This document shows, one piece after another, positions 21,016 through 29,862 of a stretch of DNA of 41,441 nucleotides. The notes below the pieces were generated by a model. That model had not been told where the DNA came from. It searched no databases and was given only the letters and a program-made list of their open reading frames with translations. Source of the DNA: a bacterium (GTDB lineage Bacteria; Babelota; Babeliae; Babelales; CAIQNR01). The stretch spans positions 1-41,441 of the forward strand of contig CANNMA010000003.1 in the NCBI GenBank assembly GCA_947505805.1, in the 5' to 3' direction. Numbering within the stretch: the stretch's first letter is position 1; each line of letters begins with the position of its first letter. A program made the position numbers and the translations under genes.

Positions 21016-21555
21016 ATGGCTGAACAGTTAAAAGAAGAAATAACAAAAGATACTCCTACGATGGTTGATTACGTTGTAAACGTACGTCGTGTGACTAAAG
21101 TTACCAAAGGTGGTAAACGGTTTGCTTTTTCAGCACTTGTTGTCGTTGGTGATAAGTCTGGTAGGGTGGGTATAGCTCAGGGTAAGAGTCGTGAAGTTAC
21201 TGCTGCTATTGCAAAAGCAACTAATCGCGCTCAGAAAAATTTAGTTCAAATTCCTTTGCGTGGAGCAACTGTTCCCTACAATGTGATTGGAAAGCATGGC
21301 TCAAGTACAGTTCTTATTCGGCCTGCATATAAAGGAACGGGTGTTATTGCTGGTGGAGCTGTTCGTTCAATTATGGAAGCACTTGGAGTAAAAGATGTTC
21401 TTGCAAAGTCTATGGGTTCATCTAATCGAATGAATGTGGTCAAAGCAACATTAAATGCGCTTGCCAAACTTCGTTCTTTGAAGCATATTGCAGCAACAAG
21501 GGGTAAATCTGCGGAACAAATTGTAAAGGGAAGTCATGGAAACTCTATTAAGTAA
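21016..21555 (+). CDS. rpsE: 30S ribosomal protein S5
   Basis: [30 protein letters not shown]. Confidence 0.99.
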   Translation: MAEQLKEEITKDTPTMVDYVVNVRRVTKVTKGGKRFAFSALVVVGDKSGRVGIAQGKSREVTAAIAKATNRAQKNLVQIPLRGATVPYNVIGKHGSSTVLIRPAYKGTGVIAGGAVRSIMEALGVKDVLAKSMGSSNRMNVVKATLNALAKLRSLKHIAATRGKSAEQIVKGSHGNSIK

Positions 21556-21988
21556 TCGAATTTCGATTTGTCGTAAGCGTAAACGTGTTGGTCGTGGTGG
21601 TTGTAGAGGTGGTACATCTGGTAAGGGAACTAAGGGTCAAAAAGCTCGTTCAGGTGCTGGAAGAAAACTGCGTCCTGCTTTTGAAGGTGGACAAATGCCT
21701 ATACACCGTCGTTTACCAAAACGCGGCTTTAATAACACTCAATTTAAAAAAGTCTTTGATTTAATTACATTGGCTCAGTTAGAACATTCTTTTGAAATTG
21801 GACAACAGGTAACAAAAGAATTACTTGTTGTTAAAGGTTTAGTAAAAAGTACTCGTGTATTAATTAAAGTATTGGGAACCGGCGTCTTATCAAAAAAATT
21901 GCATGTTTTTGCTGATGCTTATAGCGCTTCAGCTGCACAAGCAATAGCGGCATGTGGTGGAGAGGCTCGATTCACAAAAGAAGGATAA
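21536..21988 (+). CDS. rplO: 50S ribosomal protein L15
   Basis: [29 protein letters not shown]. Confidence 0.98.
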   Translation: METLLSNRISICRKRKRVGRGGCRGGTSGKGTKGQKARSGAGRKLRPAFEGGQMPIHRRLPKRGFNNTQFKKVFDLITLAQLEHSFEIGQQVTKELLVVKGLVKSTRVLIKVLGTGVLSKKLHVFADAYSASAAQAIAACGGEARFTKEG

Positions 21989-21992
21989 AGTA

Positions 21993-23312
21993 GTGATCAT
22001 TTTTAGGAATTTTGGGAATATGTTTCGTATTCCTGAGCTCAGAAAAAAACTGTTGTTTACACTTGGAGTGTTGGTAGTTTTTCGTTTAGGACAGTACATT
22101 CCTGTAATTGGGGTGAATGTTAATAAATTGCAAGAATTTATGCATCAATCCACTGCGTTAAGTGGTTTGCTTTCATATTTGGATGTTTTTTCTGCAGGTG
22201 CGCTTTCGCAATGTACTTTGTTTGCATTGGGTATCGGGCCTTATATTACGGCTTCAATTATGATGCAGATTTTGGGCTTCACAATTCCTGAATTTGAGCG
22301 TTTGCTTAAAGAAGGAGAGTATGGAAGAAAGCTTATTAATCAATATACAAAGTATCTTGCTTTGGGATTGAGTGTCGTTTGGGGCACAATGTATGCTTTA
22401 GGACTGGAATCATATGGATTAGTGGTAGAACCAGGATGGATGTTTAGATTCATGTTTATTCTTTCTTTGTCTGCTGGTTCTATGGTTGTCATGTGGTTGG
22501 GTGATCAAATTTCATTATTTGGAATTGGTAGTGGCGGTTCGATGATTATCTTTGCAGGTATAGTTGCTCGTTTTCCTGATTATGTTATTAGAACCATTCA
22601 TGCAGTTCAAATTGGAAAGCTAGATACAATTGTAGCTATTCTAATTTTATTGATTTTTATGGCGATTACTTCGTGTATTATTTTTCTTGAAAAAGGTGAA
22701 CGTAAGATTCCAGTTCAATATGCTCGTCGTGTTGTTGGTAATCGTGTTTATGGTGGACAAAGTACTTATATTCCATTTAAGATCAATAATGCTTCTGTTA
22801 TGCCTGTAATTTTTGCTTCTACAGTTTTAAATGCTTTTATTGGTGTGCCTGGTTTGTTTGCTAATAAATATAAATTTTGTTCTATGATTGTTCAAAAATT
22901 TTCTTATTCAGGTTTTTTGTTTAATGCAATTCAGTTCGCTTTAATTGTTTTCTTCTACTATATCTATACTGCGCTTGTTTTTAATCCTGATGAATTAGCT
23001 GATAATATTAAAAAAAGTGGTGGTTTTATTCCAAATGTTAGGCCTGGAAAAAGTACAGCCGAGTTTTTTAATGATATTTTAACAAAACTTGGATTAGTTG
23101 GTGCAATTTATTTGGCTATTTTAGCAATATTGCCAAACGCATTAAGTGCGCTTATTACGATGCCTTTTTATCTGGGCGGAACTGCTTTATTGATTGTGGT
23201 TGGGGTTGCTTTGGAAACATCGACTCAAATAGAATCGTATTTGATTGAAAGAAATTATGAGGGTTTTTTAACCTCAGGTAGGCTTAAATATTCAAGAGGA
23301 ACTCCACGTTGA
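21993..23312 (+). CDS. secY: Preprotein translocase subunit SecY
   Basis: FALGIGPYITASI, VMPVIFAS, GGFIPNVRPG, GGTALLIVVGV; GTG 21993 behind AAGGA preferred as start. Confidence 0.98.
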   Translation: MIIFRNFGNMFRIPELRKKLLFTLGVLVVFRLGQYIPVIGVNVNKLQEFMHQSTALSGLLSYLDVFSAGALSQCTLFALGIGPYITASIMMQILGFTIPEFERLLKEGEYGRKLINQYTKYLALGLSVVWGTMYALGLESYGLVVEPGWMFRFMFILSLSAGSMVVMWLGDQISLFGIGSGGSMIIFAGIVARFPDYVIRTIHAVQIGKLDTIVAILILLIFMAITSCIIFLEKGERKIPVQYARRVVGNRVYGGQSTYIPFKINNASVMPVIFASTVLNAFIGVPGLFANKYKFCSMIVQKFSYSGFLFNAIQFALIVFFYYIYTALVFNPDELADNIKKSGGFIPNVRPGKSTAEFFNDILTKLGLVGAIYLAILAILPNALSALITMPFYLGGTALLIVVGVALETSTQIESYLIERNYEGFLTSGRLKYSRGTPR

Positions 23313-23986
23313 ACGCGAAGCAAATTATTATTTTTCTCGGAGCTCCTGGTTCAGGCAAAGGAGCTCTTTCACGTCTGTGTGTTTCAAGCTTCGGCTGGGC
23401 TCAACTTTCTACTGGTAATTTGTGTAGAAAACATGTTGCAGAGGGAACTGAGCTTGGTAAACAAATAGATTTTGCTATGAAATCTGGTACACTTGTCCCA
23501 GATGAAGTGATCATTGAAATTGGTACGCGCTGGATTGACGATGAAGCTTGTAAAAGCGAATCTCTAATACTTGATGGATTTCCTCGTACGGTTGTCCAGG
23601 CTCGTGGAGTTTTAGATTTTCTTGTAAAGAAATATCCATACTTAAGAGTTGTAATTATTGAGCTTAGAGTTCCTGATCATGAAATTATTGAACGATTGAG
23701 TTCTCGATTGATTTGTACTGATAAAAGTTGTCAGGCAGTATTTTCGAGTAGAATTGAAAATTTGATGCCAAAAACGCAAGGAATATGTGATCTTTGTAGT
23801 TCAGTCTTATTTAGACGTGAAGATGATTCATCAGACGTTATTCGAGGTCGTTTAGCGACTTATCATCAACATTGTGGAAATCTTACAGCTTTTTATAAAA
23901 ATGCTGGGTATGTAGTTCATGTTATTGATGGTAACAGGGGAAGTGCAGAGGTTTTTGAAAATTTTCTTAGGCATGTGAGCGATTGA
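23309..23986 (+). CDS. adk: Adenylate kinase (long, Cys-containing LID)
   Basis: GAPGSGKG P-loop, LVPDE, LDGFPRT, RREDD; position after secY. Confidence 0.93.
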   Translation: MNAKQIIIFLGAPGSGKGALSRLCVSSFGWAQLSTGNLCRKHVAEGTELGKQIDFAMKSGTLVPDEVIIEIGTRWIDDEACKSESLILDGFPRTVVQARGVLDFLVKKYPYLRVVIIELRVPDHEIIERLSSRLICTDKSCQAVFSSRIENLMPKTQGICDLCSSVLFRREDDSSDVIRGRLATYHQHCGNLTAFYKNAGYVVHVIDGNRGSAEVFENFLRHVSD

Positions 23987-24738
23987 TGATTGTTATTAAA
24001 AATAAAATAGCAATCGGAAAGATGGCTACAGCAGGTAAATTTTTGGCAGAAATTTGTGAAAAAATTGTTTTACAGGTGCAGCCTGGTGTAACAACGTTAC
24101 AGTTAGATGATTATATAAGTATGCAGCTTTTGAAAAATGGTCTTGTATCAGCAACAAAAGGGTATGTTGGATATAAGCATTCTAGTTGTGTATCAGTTAA
24201 TGATGAAGTTGTTCATGGTGTGCCGAGTAAAGAAAAAAAATTAGCATCTGGTGACTTGGTTAAAATTGATATTTGTGCATCTTGGAATGGGTATTGTGCT
24301 GATATGGCGCGTTGTTATTTTGTGGGGGAAGCTCCTCATAATAATGCTAAAGCGTTGGTTCAAGCGGCTCAAGAATCTCTTGATAAAGGGATTGCTCAAA
24401 TGAAGGTAGGCAATCGATTAACTGACATTTCTTCGGCTATTCAACAGAGTGTTGAGTCAAAGGGTTTTGGAGTTATTAGAGATTTTGCTGGGCATGGTAT
24501 CGGAAAGCGTATGCATGAAGATCCAGAAATTTTAAATTATGGAGAGCCGGGAAAAGGTCCAGTATTACAGGTAGGTATGGCGTTTGCTATAGAACCTATG
24601 ATTACTGCTGGTTCTTATGAAGTGTATGTGACCAAAGACGGTTGGACTGTTAAAACTAAAGATAAAAGTTTGGCAGCACATGTTGAGGACACGGTTGTTT
24701 TGACAGAAAACGGACCTGAAATCCTAACACGGTTATAG
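23986..24738 (+). CDS. map: Methionine aminopeptidase type I
   Basis: [31 protein letters not shown]; TGATG coupling to adk. Confidence 0.97.
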   Translation: MIVIKNKIAIGKMATAGKFLAEICEKIVLQVQPGVTTLQLDDYISMQLLKNGLVSATKGYVGYKHSSCVSVNDEVVHGVPSKEKKLASGDLVKIDICASWNGYCADMARCYFVGEAPHNNAKALVQAAQESLDKGIAQMKVGNRLTDISSAIQQSVESKGFGVIRDFAGHGIGKRMHEDPEILNYGEPGKGPVLQVGMAFAIEPMITAGSYEVYVTKDGWTVKTKDKSLAAHVEDTVVLTENGPEILTRL

Positions 24739-24761
24739 GGTTAGGGAGCTTGAAGGGTTGT

Positions 24762-24992
24762 ATGGAAAAGAAACAAAAAGAAGAGGTAATTAGAGTTGAT
24801 GGTGTCGTTAAAGAGACACTGCCAAATGCTATGTTTAGGGTAGAAATAGAAGGTGGACATCTGGTATTGGGACATGTTTCAGGTAAAATGCGCATGAACT
24901 ATATCAAAATATTGCCTGGTGACAAAGTTGCTTTGGAGTTATCTCCTTACGATTTAACCCGGGGAAGAATTGTTTTGCGTTATAAAAACTAG
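24762..24992 (+). CDS. infA: Translation initiation factor IF-1
   Basis: [30 protein letters not shown]. Confidence 0.98.
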   Translation: MEKKQKEEVIRVDGVVKETLPNAMFRVEIEGGHLVLGHVSGKMRMNYIKILPGDKVALELSPYDLTRGRIVLRYKN

Positions 24993-25015
24993 TCTGAAAA
25001 GAGAAAGTGGACGCT

Positions 25016-25132
25016 ATGAAAGTAAGAACAGCGGTTAAAAAGATTTGTAATGATTGTTGTATTGTCAAACGTGGTCGAGTGGTTCGTGTTATTTGCAAAA
25101 AAAATCCGCGACATAAACAAAGACAAGGGTAA
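25016..25132 (+). CDS. rpmJ: 50S ribosomal protein L36 (zinc-binding type; absent from ORF track)
   Basis: Manual translation [38 protein letters not shown], 38 aa, between infA and rpsM. Confidence 0.98.
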   Translation: MKVRTAVKKICNDCCIVKRGRVVRVICKKNPRHKQRQG

Positions 25133-25149
25133 TTCAGGAGTATTGTGCT

Positions 25150-25539
25150 ATGGCACGTATAGAAGGTGTAACATTACCGTATAATAAACGAATAGAATAT
25201 GGATTAACCTATGTATTCGGTATTGGTATTAAAAGCTCTCGTGATATTTTAACTAAACTTAAAATAGATATAAACACGCGAGTAAAAGATTTATCTGATG
25301 ATCAAGTTGGTGCTATTCAAAAAGAAATAACACAGGCTTATAAGACCGAAGGTGAGTTGCGTAAAGCCATTTCTTTGGACATTCGCCGCTTGCAAGAAAT
25401 TGGTTCATATCGTGGGCTTCGTCATAAGAAGGGGTTACCTGTAAGAGGACAGCGTACAAAAACAAATGCGCGTACTCGTAAAGGGCCACGTCGATCAACA
25501 AATATTATTGCATTAAAACGCAAAGTAGCTAAGAAGTAA
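25150..25539 (+). CDS. rpsM: 30S ribosomal protein S13
   Basis: MARIEG, YRGLRH, LPVRGQRTKTNARTRKG. Confidence 0.99.
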   Translation: MARIEGVTLPYNKRIEYGLTYVFGIGIKSSRDILTKLKIDINTRVKDLSDDQVGAIQKEITQAYKTEGELRKAISLDIRRLQEIGSYRGLRHKKGLPVRGQRTKTNARTRKGPRRSTNIIALKRKVAKK

Positions 25540-25549
25540 GGTGTAACTA

Positions 25550-25936
25550 ATGGCATATAAGCAAAAATCAAAAAAACAGAAGAAAACACGTGTTGAAACT
25601 GCTATTGTTCACGTTAAGTCTTCTTTTAATAATACGTTGGTTTCTATAACTGATCCAGAAGGAAACGTTCTTTTGCGTTGTAGTTCAGGTAGGTTGGGTT
25701 TTAAAGGAGCTCGTAAAGGAACTCCTTTTGCAGCAACTCAAATTGGTACAACGCTTGCAAAAGATATGGCAAATTTTGGGATTCGTGTGCTTGAAGTTAA
25801 CCTTCAAGGTCCTGGTTCTGGAAGAGATTCTATTGTAAGGGCATTCCAATCATCTGGTTTTTCTATTTCCGTTTTGCGCGATGTTACTCCATTGCCTCAT
25901 AATGGATGTCGCGCACCAAAAAAACGTAGAGTATAG
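25550..25936 (+). CDS. rpsK: 30S ribosomal protein S11
   Basis: SFNNT, GPGSGR, DVTPLPHNGCR. Confidence 0.99.
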   Translation: MAYKQKSKKQKKTRVETAIVHVKSSFNNTLVSITDPEGNVLLRCSSGRLGFKGARKGTPFAATQIGTTLAKDMANFGIRVLEVNLQGPGSGRDSIVRAFQSSGFSISVLRDVTPLPHNGCRAPKKRRV

Positions 25937-25967
25937 GTATTTCAGGCAGGTTAAGTGAGAACATTCT

Positions 25968-26552
25968 ATGAATAAAAAAAATATTAAAATGACACCCGGT
26001 GGTAAAGATAATAAATCAGATCAACAAGGTGGTAGTGAACAAAAGCGTCCACAACGTAAAATGTCTGAATACGGTAAACAGTTAAAAGAAAAACAAAAAG
26101 TAAAAGAAATGTACGGAATGCGTGAAAAACAGTTTCGTCGTTTTTTTAAAAATGCATTAGCTTCAAAGCAAGGTGCTCCTGGTGAAAATCTTCTTAACAT
26201 GCTTGAACGCCGTCTTGACAATGTCATTTATCGTTTGAAATTATCTGTAACTCGTCGACAAGCACGTCAAATTATTGCTCATGGGCATATTTTGGTTAAT
26301 GGTGGGCATGTTTATTCACCATCATTTTTGGTTTCTGTAGGAGACGTTGTTTCGTTGATGGATTCAGTTGCAGGAAAAGAAAAATTTCTTGAACAAGTTA
26401 TCGATAAACGTTTGAATATTGGTATTAAGGTTCCAGAATGGCTTGAACTAAACAAGAAAGATCGCAAAGGTCAAATTCTTCGTTTTCCAGTTAGAGCTGA
26501 TATTCAAGTGCCAATTGAAGAGCATTTGATTGTTGAGTTGTACTCAAAGTAA
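25968..26552 (+). CDS. rpsD: 30S ribosomal protein S4
   Basis: SEYGKQLKEKQK, LERRLDNV, ARQIIAHGHI, LIVELYSK; atypical N-terminus. Confidence 0.97.
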   Translation: MNKKNIKMTPGGKDNKSDQQGGSEQKRPQRKMSEYGKQLKEKQKVKEMYGMREKQFRRFFKNALASKQGAPGENLLNMLERRLDNVIYRLKLSVTRRQARQIIAHGHILVNGGHVYSPSFLVSVGDVVSLMDSVAGKEKFLEQVIDKRLNIGIKVPEWLELNKKDRKGQILRFPVRADIQVPIEEHLIVELYSK

Positions 26553-26593
26553 TCGTAAATAAGAATAATAGGTAAAATGTGTGGGGACTATAC

Positions 26594-27664
26594 ATGAGTA
26601 AAGAATATCAACCATTAACAATTCCTCGTTTAACGTGGGACAAAAAGTCTTTAACAACAATGAACGGAGAGTTAATTGCTCAACCGTTGGAACCAGGTTT
26701 TGGGATAACCTTGGGTAATGCGCTTCGTCGTGTACTCCTTGGTGGTATTGAAGGTGCTGCGGTAACTTCTGTTATTATCAAAGGTGTTAATAATGAGTTT
26801 GCTGTTTTACCAGGTGTTGTAGAAGACGTAATGCAGCTTTGTTTGAATATTAAACAAATTGTCGTTCGTTCAAAAGATGGAAAATCAGGAAAAATGACCC
26901 TGAGCGTTCAACAAGAAGGAACTGTTCGAGTATCTGATATTAAAGCAGATAGTAATCTTGAATTGATTAATGGTGATCATATTCTTGCTCATATCGCTCC
27001 AGCAGGTTCATTAGATATTGAATTTTTTGTTGAGTCAGGTCGTGGCTATAGACGTGCTCAGTGGCCTGAAGGGGTTACTTTGCAAGAAGACGATCGTATT
27101 TATCTTGATTCAATGTTTTCACCAGTAGCTAAAGTTGCTTTTGATATTCAAAAGACTCGTGTTGGTAAAGAGATTGATTATGATAAATTGATTTTGTTTG
27201 TGACTACAAATGGTGCAATTAATCCGCTTGAAGCATTAAATTATGCAGTTTCTGTGCTCCGTACTCAATTAGAACAATTTTTGGTCGATACAGAGATTCC
27301 ATTTAATGAAATTTCAGCTCCTGTTAAAGAAGAAGTAACTATTGTTCCTGAAACGAATAAAGAGTTGGTTCTTAAGGGTGTTCCTGTTGAACTTTTGCTT
27401 AAGCAGATTGATGAACTTGAACTTTCTGTTCGCGCACATAATTGTTTGATGAATGCAGGTATTAAGCGTGTTCTTGATTTGGTTAATTTGAGTGAAGAAC
27501 AAGGTTTGTGCATTAAGAATTTTGGTCTTAAGTCATTGAATGAAGTTAAAGACAGTATGAAGGCATTCGGTCTTTCTTTTGGTATGAATATTAGCGAAGC
27601 TGATTTGGAAAAGATCATGAGAGAACAAGGACCTGTCCTGCCAATTGAAGATGAGCAGTACTAA
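26594..27664 (+). CDS. rpoA: RNA polymerase alpha subunit
   Basis: PLEPGFGITLGNALRRVLL, DYDKL, LELSVRAHNCL; ATG 26594 preferred as start. Confidence 0.99.
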   Translation: MSKEYQPLTIPRLTWDKKSLTTMNGELIAQPLEPGFGITLGNALRRVLLGGIEGAAVTSVIIKGVNNEFAVLPGVVEDVMQLCLNIKQIVVRSKDGKSGKMTLSVQQEGTVRVSDIKADSNLELINGDHILAHIAPAGSLDIEFFVESGRGYRRAQWPEGVTLQEDDRIYLDSMFSPVAKVAFDIQKTRVGKEIDYDKLILFVTTNGAINPLEALNYAVSVLRTQLEQFLVDTEIPFNEISAPVKEEVTIVPETNKELVLKGVPVELLLKQIDELELSVRAHNCLMNAGIKRVLDLVNLSEEQGLCIKNFGLKSLNEVKDSMKAFGLSFGMNISEADLEKIMREQGPVLPIEDEQY

Positions 27665-27683
27665 CTGATAGAGGAATAGATCG

Positions 27684-28040
27684 ATGAAACATCAATCAGG
27701 TAAAGTAAAATTAAACGTTAAAGAGTCGCACAAACGATCCCTTTTACGTAACCAAGTAATTCATTTGATTACTTACGGACATTTGACAACAACTAAAGCA
27801 CAAGCTCGTCAAGTAAAGCGATTGGCTGAAAAGGTAGTTACTCTTGCTCGCAAGGGTCCTGACTTTAACACCAAACGCCGTGTTCGCTCATTGCTTCCTT
27901 ATAAACTTGAAGCATTGAAAACATTGTTTGTTGATATTGCGCCACGTTATACCGAACGTCCAGGTGGGTACACAAGACTTATTTCATTAGGTCGTCGCCC
28001 TAGCGATACAGCATCAATTGCACGTCTTGAATGGGTATAA
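27684..28040 (+). CDS. rplQ: 50S ribosomal protein L17
   Basis: MKH, TTTKAQA, RPGGYTR; last gene of the alpha operon. Confidence 0.98.
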   Translation: MKHQSGKVKLNVKESHKRSLLRNQVIHLITYGHLTTTKAQARQVKRLAEKVVTLARKGPDFNTKRRVRSLLPYKLEALKTLFVDIAPRYTERPGGYTRLISLGRRPSDTASIARLEWV

Positions 28041-28056
28041 ATCGTACCTAAACGTT

Positions 28057-28100
28057 AAAAATTAAAAAGAGCTGCGGAGAAATTCGCGGCTTTTTTTTTT
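28057..28100 (+). terminator. Intrinsic terminator of the ribosomal superoperon (copy 1 of a direct repeat)
   Basis: aaaaaGAGCTGCGGAgaaaTTCGCGGCTT followed by a T run. Confidence 0.9.
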
Positions 28101-28182
28101 GATAATTTTAGGCGGTACTTAAAAAGTAAAAATATAATTTGAAAGAAAAATTATGGAATAAAAAACAACTCAGTTATCGCAA

Positions 28183-28656
28183 ATGAAACTAGTTGGCCTT
28201 ACAGTGCGAACGAACAACGCTGTAGAAGCAGGAGAAAAAATCTATACAACAGGTGGTAAGATTCTGCCTTTAATTAGACGGTATTATCAAGATGGTGTAG
28301 CTGAAAAGATAGCTAATCGTAAGACTCCAGGAACAATTTATTGTGCTTATACAGAGTACGAGTCTGACTACACGGGTGATTATACCTATTTTATTGGTGA
28401 AGAAGTAACTTCTTTTGATATTGTTCCTGAAGAATTTTTTACTTTAGTTGTGCCAGCTCAAGAATACGTAAAATTTACTAATGGACCAGCAGCAATGCCT
28501 CAAGTATGTTCTGATGTCTGGGAAAAAATTTGGAAATCAACCGATCCTGAATTAGGTGGAAAACGTAGTTACAAGGTTGATTTTGAGGTTTATGATCAAC
28601 GTGCTACTGACCATCAAAACATTGTTCTTGATGTGTTTGTAGGTATCGAAGAATAA
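28183..28656 (+). CDS. GyrI-like / AraC effector-binding domain protein, probably N-terminally disrupted
   Basis: KLVGLTVRTNN, YTEYESDYTGDYTYFIG, W..IW, R.Y..DFEVYD pattern; upstream in-frame ATG 28153 is followed by TAA. Confidence 0.8.
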   Translation: MKLVGLTVRTNNAVEAGEKIYTTGGKILPLIRRYYQDGVAEKIANRKTPGTIYCAYTEYESDYTGDYTYFIGEEVTSFDIVPEEFFTLVVPAQEYVKFTNGPAAMPQVCSDVWEKIWKSTDPELGGKRSYKVDFEVYDQRATDHQNIVLDVFVGIEE

Positions 28657-28668
28657 CTTTTAGTTTTA

Positions 28669-28712
28669 AAAAATTAAAAAGAGCTGCGGAAAAATTCGCA
28701 GCTCTTTTTTTT
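28669..28712. terminator. Bidirectional intrinsic terminator (copy 2 of a direct repeat)
   Basis: aaaaaGAGCTGCGgaaaaattCGCAGCTCtttttttt between convergent genes. Confidence 0.9.
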
Positions 28713-28744
28713 AAAAAAATTTTGAATAGTTTAAGTACTGTTTT

Positions 28745-29701
28745 TTACAGAAATTTGTGCATACCAATTGATCCGTGCTTGCTTGGACAGGTTGATTTTT
28801 CTGCTGCTGCAAGTTCTTCGTAGCCCTGTTTTTTATAAAATAGTTTTTCTGATGGACAAGCCTGTAATGAAAGTTCGGTACATTCTTTTTGCTCTTTCAG
28901 CCATTGTTCAATAGTAGTTAAAAATTGACCCCGTAAATTATGGCAGTGAATGTCGAACTCCATGATATGGAGAACGGCAGTTTTTTCGGGAAATAGTTGA
29001 AGATGGCCATATCCAATAATGTTTGGTCCTTGATAGAAACAAAAATGAATATGTTCAGGGTGGTTAAAAGTCCATGTTAGCGGGTCAAAGAGAATATCTT
29101 TTTTTGCAAAATAGTTTTTTCTAAACTGTTTTGCTTGCTGCCACTCATGCGGATGAGCACAATGCATAAGTCGTATTTTATTGAAACCAGCTAGTGATGT
29201 GATTTTACGAATAAAACAGTCTTTACCTGAGCTATATCCAGTAAACATGCGATCTTTTTGAATTTCAAAAGAACTTTTTTGGGTTAAAAGGCCAGCTTTT
29301 AATTGTGCATATTCAACAACTGCATCCAAATGGGTTCGTAAATAATCTCTGAATCCAAGATTAAGGTCTATTTCTGGGTTTCCTGGTTTATACATATGAA
29401 GGTTGATTTTAGGTTTAGAATCTTTATTGAAATAAAATCGAAAGGGAATATTGTATTCCCCTTTGTACGTGTATTCCAGTGATTCTAAAAGTGTGATTGT
29501 GCGCGCAGGATCTTGTGCAACTACGATGATATCAAGAATAGGTTTTGCTGCTAATCCTGGTACTGATGTTGAACCGATATGATGAACTTCAAGACAATGT
29601 TGGCCAAGTTTTTTTTTGATAAGTGCGGCTTCTTTGCTAAAAAGTTCAGGCCATTGAGGATCGTAGGGCATAACTTCTATCTGTTTGATTTGCACGGTCA
29701 T
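28745..29701 (-). CDS. GrpB/UPF0157 nucleotidyltransferase-fold domain fused to a GNAT-like domain
   Basis: YDPQWP, HIGSTSVPGLAAKPILDI, FRDYLR, Y..LK; C-terminal IIGYGHLQ...FYKKQGY GNAT-like pattern. Confidence 0.85.
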   Translation of the reverse strand: MTVQIKQIEVMPYDPQWPELFSKEAALIKKKLGQHCLEVHHIGSTSVPGLAAKPILDIIVVAQDPARTITLLESLEYTYKGEYNIPFRFYFNKDSKPKINLHMYKPGNPEIDLNLGFRDYLRTHLDAVVEYAQLKAGLLTQKSSFEIQKDRMFTGYSSGKDCFIRKITSLAGFNKIRLMHCAHPHEWQQAKQFRKNYFAKKDILFDPLTWTFNHPEHIHFCFYQGPNIIGYGHLQLFPEKTAVLHIMEFDIHCHNLRGQFLTTIEQWLKEQKECTELSLQACPSEKLFYKKQGYEELAAAEKSTCPSKHGSIGMHKFL

Positions 29702-29770
29702 AGGTATTCCTCAATGGTAAAGGGGTGCGAACGAAATTTAAAAGTTTTAAAGAAGTTAGTCTAATTGATA

Positions 29771-29862
29771 CTGTAGATGTTCACAAATTAAGATTTTTTT
29801 CATTTTTTAGCACAAGACGTAGGTGTGCACTATGCGTGCAGCACCAAAGGGGTTGCTCACCC
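29771..29862 (+). repeat. Left arm of a 92-bp imperfect inverted repeat
   Basis: Reverse complement of 30245-30336; core 29810-29862 matches at 48/53 positions by manual alignment. Confidence 0.95.

Noticed and set aside
8901-27618. Many short antisense or alternate-frame ORFs in the ribosomal operon (e.g. 11973-12548, 17006-17482)
   Set aside because: They overlap highly conserved genes and are expected by-products of codon bias
28040-29750. Integron cassette array interpretation
   Set aside because: No integrase in the window; the repeats are A/T-flanked terminators without convincing RYYYAAC/GTTRRRY attC boxes
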